Position numbers and translations under genes: made by a program
From: Lachnospiraceae bacterium
Lineage (GTDB): Bacteria; Bacillota; Clostridia; Lachnospirales; Lachnospiraceae
NCBI GenBank assembly: GCA_022800815.1
Contig: JAAWRC010000011.1
Coordinates: 13,587 to 77,586 of the forward strand
DNA: 64,000 nt
Direction: 5' to 3'
Shown here: positions 56,318-64,000 of the stretch, in pieces
Layout of the letters: every line of letters begins with the position of its first letter
How positions within the stretch are numbered: the stretch's first letter is position 1
Notes under the pieces: model-generated
Told to the model about the DNA's origin: nothing
What the model saw: only the letters and a program-made list of their open reading frames with translations
The model's database searches: none

Positions 56318-58309
56318 CTAGAATCCATAATTATAAAGCGTGTCAGTCGGTTCCGTCTTGGCGCCTTCCTTCACGTCCCTGCCGTAGGGGAAGGCGATCT
56401 CGTCGTCCTGGGTCAGGCCGGAGGTGATCTCCAGGCTGCCGTAGACGATCTTGCCCACGTCCACATATTGCTTGGTCAATCTGTCATCCTCGCCCTTTTT
56501 GTAGACGTAATAGCGGGCGCCCTCCTCCCGGACGAAAGCTTGGGAGAGATAGATGGCGTCGGGATCATAGGAGGAGGAATTTAAGCCCTCCACGGAAAGA
56601 TCCACGCCCTCGCCGTTGGAGAGTTCCGCATCTTCCCGGATCACGGCGGTGAAGGGATAGTAGGACATGTTGGGATTGCCGCCGTAATAATTGCCGGAGG
56701 AGGGGGAGTTGCTGATGCTGGTGATCTCCGCCTCGTAGCTCATCCCCGTATTCCAGGAGCTCACGTTGACGGCCATGCCCTTCTCAATTTTGTCCAAAGC
56801 CGTCTCCGCCACGGAGCCGGTGATGTAGAAGCCTTCCTCTCCCGTGACCCGGATCAGGGGGGAGCCCTCCAGCTTGGCGGTATCCTCGTCCAGCACGGAT
56901 TTCACGGTGCCGTCCACGGTGCTCTCGATGACGCCGTCGTCCACCTGCCGCTTCAACTGTTTTAACTCCAGCTCCGCCGTCCGTTTGTTCAGTTCCAGAT
57001 TTTTGAGGGTCTCTTCCTTTTCCTTGATCTGCTGGGTGAGTTCCTCCTTGGTGGGGCCCGTGGGGATCTCCAAGCCGGGATCGACGAATCCCGGGTCATC
57101 CATGCCGGGATCTTCGGGGTCCTCCACCACGGCGCCGTTTAAAAGCCAGGAATGGCGGATATAATTGGGAGCGCTTCTGTCGTCCACCACGTCAAACTGG
57201 TATACGAGCTGGCTCTCCAGGGCAGCCTCCAGGAAGCTTCGCTCGATCGCCGCACCCTGAATGCAGAGGATTCGGTAAGGGCTTTCCTTGCTGCCGTCCC
57301 CGGCGGGAATTCCTGCGACCTCCTCCAGGTTGTAGGGGACGGTATTTTCGTCGATGGTGTCGTAGACCGTCTCTCCCCGCAGCTCTTCCGGAAGCCTGGT
57401 TCCGCCGGTGCCTTCCATGATTTCGGCAATGGAATTCCAATCCATCTGGAAGCTGCTCACGATGGCGGCAGGGGCGGACGGATTGTCGACCGTGTCAAAA
57501 ATGGAATAGGCTCGGTTCTCAAGGCAGAGAGCCAGATATCCGTGGCTGGCCATAACCGGCTTTCCGTCCATGGGATAAATATAATACCGGAAGGGATTTT
57601 CCTTGGAGCCGTCACCTGTGTAGGGCTCCGACGCCTCTGTGATTTCTCCGTAAACCTTCCCGTTGGGATCGATGACGGTCGGAGGCTCCGTATTTCCCGG
57701 ATCTGTAGGCTCCGTCGGATTTGTGGGCTCTGTCGGATTTGCAGGCTCCGTCGGATTTGTGGGCTCCGTCGGGTCCGCAGGCTGGTCGGGGACACTGGGA
57801 CTTTCCGGGGCCGTGGGAGCCGCAGGGCTTTCCGACGGAGAGGCTTCTCCCGTGGCCAGTGCCATTCCGGAAAGGGCGTTAGGGGAAGCCGAAGCCACGG
57901 GCTTGGTCTTCTTTAGCTGGTCAAGCTCCGCCTGAACGTTCTGGATGTTCAAGCCGATGCCCTCAACTTCCATCTCCTTCATCTCCAATTCCAGGGAGGC
58001 CAGGGTGGTGTCGTAGGCGATCAGGGGATCCCCCACCTTGACGGTGTCCCCCTCCTTCACGTAGATTTCGGTGATGACCAGGCTTTCGTTGTAGGCGATC
58101 TCCTGGTTCAAATTGGTGGTCACGTTGCCGTAGGGGGCCAGGTCGGAGCCGTTATCCCAGTAACCGCCGTTGTTCATGTTGCTGACGGGGGCCACTTTCA
58201 CAGGCTTTCCGCTGTTTTTAACGGCATAGGAAATCCCGCCGGCGGCCAGGGCGATCACGAGAACGATCGAGACCAGGGCGATGATCAGCTTTTTTTTCGA
58301 GGATTTCAT
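56318..58309 (-). CDS. Efflux periplasmic-adaptor (HlyD/MacA-like) protein with a large internal insertion
   Basis: Lipoyl halves VKEGD.VK.GD.L and I.STVDG.V flank a coiled coil interrupted by Pro-rich repeats and a duplicated module. Confidence 0.8.
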   Translation of the reverse strand: MKSSKKKLIIALVSIVLVIALAAGGISYAVKNSGKPVKVAPVSNMNNGGYWDNGSDLAPYGNVTTNLNQEIAYNESLVITEIYVKEGDTVKVGDPLIAYDTTLASLELEMKEMEVEGIGLNIQNVQAELDQLKKTKPVASASPNALSGMALATGEASPSESPAAPTAPESPSVPDQPADPTEPTNPTEPANPTEPTNPTEPTDPGNTEPPTVIDPNGKVYGEITEASEPYTGDGSKENPFRYYIYPMDGKPVMASHGYLALCLENRAYSIFDTVDNPSAPAAIVSSFQMDWNSIAEIMEGTGGTRLPEELRGETVYDTIDENTVPYNLEEVAGIPAGDGSKESPYRILCIQGAAIERSFLEAALESQLVYQFDVVDDRSAPNYIRHSWLLNGAVVEDPEDPGMDDPGFVDPGLEIPTGPTKEELTQQIKEKEETLKNLELNKRTAELELKQLKRQVDDGVIESTVDGTVKSVLDEDTAKLEGSPLIRVTGEEGFYITGSVAETALDKIEKGMAVNVSSWNTGMSYEAEITSISNSPSSGNYYGGNPNMSYYPFTAVIREDAELSNGEGVDLSVEGLNSSSYDPDAIYLSQAFVREEGARYYVYKKGEDDRLTKQYVDVGKIVYGSLEITSGLTQDDEIAFPYGRDVKEGAKTEPTDTLYNYGF

Positions 58310-58992
58310 ACAAGCACCTCCCCTTTGGTATTGCTTAAGATGCCGTCCCGGATCAACACGGTGCGTCCCGCATGGGCGGCAATTTCTGAGTCATGGGTGA
58401 TCATGATCACGGTCATTCCCTCGTCGTTTAGCTGCCTGAAAAGGTCCATGACCTGGAGGCCGGAGGCCGAATCGAGGGCGCCGGTGGGCTCGTCGGCCAG
58501 CAGAATGTCCGGCTCCCCCACGATGGCCCGGGCGATGGCGACCCGCTGCTTTTGGCCGCCGGAAAGCTGGGTGGGTTTGAAGTTCATCCGCTCCTCCAGG
58601 CCTACTTTCCTGAGGGCCTGCGCCGCCCGCTCTTTTCTCTCTTTCCTGGAAACGCCGGCATAGAGCAGGGGAAGGGCCACGTTGTCCAGGGCGCTCTGCC
58701 TGGGCAGAAGGTTGAAGCTCTGGAACACGAAGCCGATGGAGCGGTTCCGCACCCGGGACATCTCCTTGTCCTTGTGGTGGAGCAGATCGTTCCCGTTGAG
58801 TTTGTAGGTGCCGGAGGTGGGAACGTCCAGGCAGCCGATGATGTTCATCAGTGTGGTTTTTCCGGAGCCGGAAGGTCCCATGATGGCGACGTATTCGCCC
58901 TTTTCCACATGGAGGGTTACATCCTTTAAAACAGGAACCGTCAGTTTTCCCTGTAAATAATCTTTAAAAATATGGTCGAGTTCAAGAATCAT
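58306..58992 (-). CDS. LolD/MacB-type ABC ATP-binding protein
   Basis: GPSGSGKT, LSGGQKQR, ADEPTG. Confidence 0.93.
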   Translation of the reverse strand: MILELDHIFKDYLQGKLTVPVLKDVTLHVEKGEYVAIMGPSGSGKTTLMNIIGCLDVPTSGTYKLNGNDLLHHKDKEMSRVRNRSIGFVFQSFNLLPRQSALDNVALPLLYAGVSRKERKERAAQALRKVGLEERMNFKPTQLSGGQKQRVAIARAIVGEPDILLADEPTGALDSASGLQVMDLFRQLNDEGMTVIMITHDSEIAAHAGRTVLIRDGILSNTKGEVLV

Positions 58993-60434
58993 GAAGCAGC
59001 CTCCGTTTCCGGCGCCCCGTCTGCGGGAGCCTCTCCTGCGTCGCCGGGAACAGTTTCATCTGCGCCGCCGGGAATTTCTTCATCCAGGGGAGCAATATTT
59101 TCCTCGTCGCCCATCATGTCTCCCTCACCGCCTTCCGGCAGCAGGTCCTCACCGCCGTCAGGGGTAATGATGTCCTCGTCGAATCCGTCCGGTGAGATGG
59201 GCTCTTCGCCGCCCATGGGGATCATATCCACGTCCCCGCCCGTCATGCCGCCGGAGACGCCGCCGATGTTTTTCTGAACGGGAGCGCCTTTCCTGCAGTC
59301 GTCGCTGGGCCAGACGATGTAATCGGAAGCTTTTAAGCCGTCCGTGATCTCCCAGGTGTCGGAGTCCTCGTCGTAGCCGCCCAGGGTGACCGCCCGTTTT
59401 TCCAGCTTGTCGCCTTCCCCGGCCGCCCACACGTAAGGGTCGCCGTCGCCCTGAACGATGTAGGGAGACATGAGCCACATGCCCTCCTTCTTCTCCAGGC
59501 CAAGATCCGGCTCCAGGTAGACGTGCTGGCCCAGCATCAGGCCGTCGCTGGAATCCAGGGTGACGTAGAAGGGATATTTGGAAGCCTGGGCGCTGCTGTC
59601 CATGCCGTCGATCATTACCCCGCTGTTATTGCCGGAAATGGGTTTCTCCGTGTCGATGCTGTCCACCGTGCCGAGCCAGGTAAGGTCCTCGTCCACCCTG
59701 GAGTGGACCACGATGGGAGTGCCGGGAGTGAGGTTCTGCATGTTCTGCTCGCTGATGGTTCCCTTGACCCGGTATTTCCCAACGCCCAGGATGCTCATAA
59801 AGGGCTGCATCTCCCCGCTATAATTGTCATAGGAGGGTTTTTCGTTGATCTCCTGGACAATGCCCGCAATGGTGGAGGTCACCACCGAGGACTCCATGGA
59901 TTTTTGCAGCCGTTCGATCTCCAGCTGCTTCACCTTATAATTATATTCCTCCTGCTTGGCACTCATCTGGGCTTCCTGAATCTGGGTCGTGTAGGAAAGC
60001 TGCTCGCTGGACGGAGCCTTTTTCTTGGCCTTGGTAAGCTCGTCAATCTGGGCATTAATGGTATCAATGCTGTTGGAAATTTTCTCCAGCTCCAGATTGG
60101 CCTGTTCCAGCTTTAAGCTCATGTCCTCGGTGTCATATTCAAAAAGGGGCGTGCCGACCTCCACGGCCTGTCCCTTCTCCACCAGGATGTCCTTGACCGT
60201 CTGGTCGGATTCCAACTGGATTTTCAAGGTGTTTTGCGCCTCGACCACGCCGGAGAATCGGTTCTGGGCACCGAGTCCGGTGCCGGTCAGAAGGCCTACG
60301 GAATCTGCATAAAGCATGGTCTCCTCGCCGCTTGCGGAGCTTTCGTCTGAGGAAGAAAATTTCCAGACGACCCCGACGACTATGGCGGCGATCACAAGGA
60401 TGCAGACCACTGCCGTAATAATCTTTTTCTTCAT
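58989..60434 (-). CDS. Second efflux periplasmic-adaptor (MacA-like) protein
   Basis: TM anchor, VEKGQ.V..G..LF, coiled coil, V.S.IAG.V, acidic tail. Confidence 0.85.
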   Translation of the reverse strand: MKKKIITAVVCILVIAAIVVGVVWKFSSSDESSASGEETMLYADSVGLLTGTGLGAQNRFSGVVEAQNTLKIQLESDQTVKDILVEKGQAVEVGTPLFEYDTEDMSLKLEQANLELEKISNSIDTINAQIDELTKAKKKAPSSEQLSYTTQIQEAQMSAKQEEYNYKVKQLEIERLQKSMESSVVTSTIAGIVQEINEKPSYDNYSGEMQPFMSILGVGKYRVKGTISEQNMQNLTPGTPIVVHSRVDEDLTWLGTVDSIDTEKPISGNNSGVMIDGMDSSAQASKYPFYVTLDSSDGLMLGQHVYLEPDLGLEKKEGMWLMSPYIVQGDGDPYVWAAGEGDKLEKRAVTLGGYDEDSDTWEITDGLKASDYIVWPSDDCRKGAPVQKNIGGVSGGMTGGDVDMIPMGGEEPISPDGFDEDIITPDGGEDLLPEGGEGDMMGDEENIAPLDEEIPGGADETVPGDAGEAPADGAPETEAAS

Positions 60435-60660
60435 GGTTACCCTCCAATTTGTTTGACATTATCTATATTTTAGCAAATATGGGCGAAGATATAAACAGGG
60501 AAATTCTTAAGAATTCTTGAGGAAATTGTAACGTTTGTGAAGACCGGGGAAATTTGATATTTTTTTGGCAAAAAATAACCGAAGGAGGGCAGTGGGAGAT
60601 TGCCATCGGTGAAAAAAAATGCTATGATAGAACCAACTACAGAAAACGGAGGGGATACCC

Positions 60661-61572
60661 ATGGAAGAGCGTGTGGAAACGATGGATGATTACAAGAAGG
60701 AACTGGATGCTTCTTTTAAGAAAGCAGAGGTCGGCGATGTACTGACAGGGACGGTGATCGGAGTCGATGACGATCAGATTACCGTGGACCTGCAGTCCTA
60801 TGCGGAAGGCATTATCAAGAAAGAGCATTTCAGCAACAACCCGGACTGCGTGCTTAAAGACGAGGTTCAGAAGGGCGACGAGGTCACGGCCACGGTTATA
60901 AAAGCAGATGACGGCCATGGACACGTATTATTGTCGAAGAAAGAGGCCAACGACATGGCGGCCTGGGACCGGATGGAGAAATGTCTGGAGGATAAGAGCG
61001 CCATTGAGGTGAAGGTGGACGGCGTGGTCAAGGGCGGCGTGGTCGCTTATGTGGATGGACTTCGGGGCTTTATTCCGGCCTCCAAGCTGGATGTTTCCTA
61101 TGTGGAGAATCTGGAGGACTGGCTTGGAAAGGAGCTTTCCGTGCAGGCGGTCACCGTGGACCGTGAGGCGAAGAAGCTAGTGCTCTCCGCCAGGGACCTG
61201 GCCTTTGCAAAGCGGCGGGAGGAGAGGAAGAAGAAGATCGCCGCCTGCGAGGTGGGAGCCGTCGTGGAGGGCGTGGTGGAGACCATCCAGGATTACGGAG
61301 CTTTTGTGAAGCTGGACAACGGCGTGACCGGCCTTCTTCACGTGTCTCAGATCAGCGATAAGCGGATTAAGACGCCGGCGGCAGTCTTAAGCGAGGGACA
61401 GAAGGTCACGGTGAAGATCACGGCGGTGAAGGACAGCCGTGTCAGCCTCAGCATGAAGGCGCTTCTCGGCAGGGGCGAGCCGGAGGAGGCGGGAAGCCAC
61501 GGCGATTATATTGAAGAAGGCAGGGCGTTTACAAGCCTGGGCTCCCTCCTCAAGGGGATCAAACTGGATTAA
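60661..61572 (+). CDS. rpsA: S1 RNA-binding domain protein (ribosomal protein S1-like, three S1 domains)
   Basis: Three S1 repeats (GD.L.GTV, GFIPAS, YGAFV...GLLHVSQIS). Confidence 0.82.
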   Translation: MEERVETMDDYKKELDASFKKAEVGDVLTGTVIGVDDDQITVDLQSYAEGIIKKEHFSNNPDCVLKDEVQKGDEVTATVIKADDGHGHVLLSKKEANDMAAWDRMEKCLEDKSAIEVKVDGVVKGGVVAYVDGLRGFIPASKLDVSYVENLEDWLGKELSVQAVTVDREAKKLVLSARDLAFAKRREERKKKIAACEVGAVVEGVVETIQDYGAFVKLDNGVTGLLHVSQISDKRIKTPAAVLSEGQKVTVKITAVKDSRVSLSMKALLGRGEPEEAGSHGDYIEEGRAFTSLGSLLKGIKLD

Positions 61573-61599
61573 GGCGGACAGTCTGGGGGAAAAGCTTTT

Positions 61600-62247
61600 A
61601 TGGACATACCGAATTTACCGGAAGAGTACGACCAGCTGGACCAGTGGAAGACGCTGATGCTTCTTTATAATGCGGCTCTTCAGGAGGTTCAGGCGAGGGT
61701 TAACGTGCTGAATGATGAGTTTCATCACATCAATAATTACAATCCCATTGAGCATGTGAAGGCCAGGATCAAGTCGCCGGAGAGTATTGTGAAAAAGCTG
61801 AAACGACTGGGGTTTGAGGCGACGATCGACAATATGTACCGGGAGCTTCACGACATCGCCGGCATTCGGATTATCTGTTCATTTACGTCGGACATCTATT
61901 ATCTGGCGGCGGCCATTGCCAGGCAGGACGACATGCAGGTGGAGATGGTGAAGGACTACATCGCAAACCCCAAGCCCAACGGTTACCGCAGCTACCACAT
62001 GGTGGTCGTGGTGCCGATCTACCTGTCCAGCGGCCGGGTGCAGATACGGGTGGAGATTCAGATTCGGACCATCGCCATGGATTTCTGGGCCAGCCTGGAG
62101 CATAAGATCCATTACAAATTTGAGGGGGCGGCTCCGGCGCACATGCAGGAGCGCTTAAAGGAATGCGCCGACATGGCGGCTCTTTTGGATGAACAGATGC
62201 TGTCGCTGAATGAATCGTTACAGAGAGCGGAGGAGAAGGGGAAATGA
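61600..62247 (+). CDS. Small alarmone synthetase (RelA/SpoT synthetase domain)
   Basis: RIKS, DIAGIR, GYRSYH, EIQIRT, WASLEH. Confidence 0.92.
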   Translation: MDIPNLPEEYDQLDQWKTLMLLYNAALQEVQARVNVLNDEFHHINNYNPIEHVKARIKSPESIVKKLKRLGFEATIDNMYRELHDIAGIRIICSFTSDIYYLAAAIARQDDMQVEMVKDYIANPKPNGYRSYHMVVVVPIYLSSGRVQIRVEIQIRTIAMDFWASLEHKIHYKFEGAAPAHMQERLKECADMAALLDEQMLSLNESLQRAEEKGK

Positions 62248-63101
62248 ACGGATTGAGCATATGGATCGCAGGTGCCGGGGGGCAGCTCGGCAGTGCGGTT
62301 CATGAGATTCTGCGTCAGGATGCGGACGTGCGCATCCTGACCTCGGACCAGGACGTGGACGTGACCAGTCTGGAGGCGGTGGTTTCCTTTGCGGAGGAGA
62401 ACCGGCCGGACGTGGTCGTAAACTGTGCGGGGATGACGGATCTGGCGAAATGCGAGAGGAACGAGGAGAAAGCTTATCGGGTCAATGCATTGGGCGCCAG
62501 GAATCTTGCCCTTGCCGCCAGGAAGGTAGATGCCAAGCTCATTCATCTCTCGACGGATGATGTCTTTGACGGCACGGCGAAGCGGCCTCTGACGGAGTTC
62601 GACCAGGTGAATCCCCGTACCGTGTACGGAAAGTCCAAGCTGGCCGGCGAGAATTTCGTCCGGGAACTGGCGCCCCGGCACATGATCGTGAGAAGCTCCT
62701 GGCTTTACGGAAAGACAAAAAATAATTTTGTCAGTTATATTCTGGAAGGTCTCCTGACGGAGGACACCATTTACGTGCCGGTGGACCAGATCAGCACGCC
62801 CACCAGTGCCCTGGAGCTGGCCAAGTTTATTGTGAAGCTGATCGATTCGGAGGAATATGGCGTTTACCACGCTTCCTGTGAGGGCATGTGCAGCCGTTAT
62901 GAATTTGCCAAGGAGATTGTGAGGCTGTCGGGGAAAAAGGTGAATATTGAGCCCCATGCGGCGGGAGAGAATCCGTCTGTGGTCAATCGGCCCAGATATA
63001 CGCTTCTGGACAACTTTATGCTGCGGGTGTCCGGTATGTATCAGATGCCGGAATGGAAGGAAGCCCTCGCCGCCTTTATGGCAGAGCGGGTGTCCGAATA
63101 A
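62244..63101 (+). CDS. rfbD: dTDP-4-dehydrorhamnose reductase
   Basis: GAGGQLG, STD.VFDG, YGKSK. Confidence 0.88.
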   Translation: MNGLSIWIAGAGGQLGSAVHEILRQDADVRILTSDQDVDVTSLEAVVSFAEENRPDVVVNCAGMTDLAKCERNEEKAYRVNALGARNLALAARKVDAKLIHLSTDDVFDGTAKRPLTEFDQVNPRTVYGKSKLAGENFVRELAPRHMIVRSSWLYGKTKNNFVSYILEGLLTEDTIYVPVDQISTPTSALELAKFIVKLIDSEEYGVYHASCEGMCSRYEFAKEIVRLSGKKVNIEPHAAGENPSVVNRPRYTLLDNFMLRVSGMYQMPEWKEALAAFMAERVSE

Positions 63102-63135
63102 GAGCGGGACAGGATAAAAACCGAACAGAATAGAA

Positions 63136-63180
63136 AAGGAGCCACTTAACAATCTATGGTTTAGGTGGCTCTTTTTTTAT
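63136..63180 (+). terminator. Intrinsic terminator
   Basis: gagccac...gtggctc stem followed by a T-tract. Confidence 0.7.
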
Positions 63181-63341
63181 ATTCTTTCGTCGAAATTACC
63201 AAAAAGTGTGTTTTTTTTGAAATACACTTTGGGTGTTGACAGACGGGGGATTCTGCGAAATAATGAGGACAGACGGTAACGCTACATGGGGGTGTAGAGG
63301 ATACCTGATACTACTAAATTCCTTAAAAGGAGGATCTTGTT

Positions 63342-64000
63342 ATGGGAAATTATAATCCTTATGACAACGTGCTGCAGGTTGTGGAAAATGCAGCGAAGGT
63401 ACTGGGATACGATGAGACCGAGTATGAGGCGCTCAAGTATCCGGAGAGAGAATTAAAGGTTGCCATCCCGGTGCAGATGGACGATGGAAGTGTTAAGGTA
63501 TTCGAGGGCTTCCGTGTACAGCATTCCACCAGCCGCGGCCCGGCCAAGGGCGGTGTCCGCTTCCATCCGAATGTAAACCAGGACGAGGTGAAGGCCCTGG
63601 CCGCATGGATGACCTTCAAGTGTGCCGTGGTGAACATTCCTTACGGCGGCGCCAAGGGCGGCGTGATCTGTGATCCCACGACCCTGTCCGAGGGCGAGAT
63701 GAGAAGGATTACCAGAAGGTTTACAGCCATGATCGCTCCCATCATCGGGCCGGAGCAGGATGTTCCAGCTCCCGACGTAGGAACCAATCCCAAGGTCATG
63801 GGCTGGATGATGGATACATACAGCATGTTAAAGGGTCACTGCGTACCCGGTGTCGTGACCGGCAAGCCCATCGAGATCGGCGGAGCTCTGGGCCGCAGCG
63901 AAGCCACCGGCCGGGGCGTAATGATCACCACCAAGAACACCCTTGCAAAGCTCGGCATGGAGATGGCCGGAACACCTGTTGTAGTACAGGGTATGGGTAA
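63342..64000 (+). CDS. gdh: Glu/Leu/Phe/Val (glutamate) dehydrogenase, partial (runs off the window end)
   Basis: Hand-translated from ATG 63342 after AAAGGAGG: RVQH...GPAKGG.RF, GGAKGG, PAPDVG, VVTGKP. Confidence 0.93.
   Translation, partial: MGNYNPYDNVLQVVENAAKVLGYDETEYEALKYPERELKVAIPVQMDDGSVKVFEGFRVQHSTSRGPAKGGVRFHPNVNQDEVKALAAWMTFKCAVVNIPYGGAKGGVICDPTTLSEGEMRRITRRFTAMIAPIIGPEQDVPAPDVGTNPKVMGWMMDTYSMLKGHCVPGVVTGKPIEIGGALGRSEATGRGVMITTKNTLAKLGMEMAGTPVVVQGMG

Overview
Chromosomal segment from a GC-rich Clostridia bacterium, most likely Lachnospiraceae-like (judged from gene content and AGGAGG ribosome-binding sites). (1) Bases ~1-12150 are the visibly AT-richer right part of an integrative element. 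It carries a Tn916-type Xis/Int pair, a HerA/VirB4-like ATPase, an XRE regulator, a decayed replication/IS region with a ~34-bp-period motif array, and minus-strand envelope cargo (three zinc-ribbon membrane proteins, lipoproteins, an amidase, an Lgt paralogue). It abuts a low-molecular-weight phosphatase gene. (2) 12150-22100: GT2 glycosyltransferase, DUF134-NifX fusion, a cupin/ketose 3-epimerase/RpiB/DhaKL sugar operon and a FadR regulator. (3) 22300-52500: two large organic/sugar-acid catabolic clusters (UxaA, DapA-like x2, HpcH x2, Ldh_2, LarA-like, GarR, glycerate kinase, aminotransferase, two LIV-type ABC importers), separated by an Rpn-family nuclease gene with a long structured leader. 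Two inverted copies of a ~215-bp palindromic element have a conserved core but entirely different, still perfectly paired arms. (4) 52600-64000: AAA/DUF4143 ATPase, a deletion scar with gene fragments, a MacAB-like exporter with two adaptors, an S1 protein, a small alarmone synthetase, RfbD and a partial glutamate dehydrogenase. No rRNA, tRNA or CRISPR array was recognised. All functional calls come from motif recognition by eye; no database search was run.
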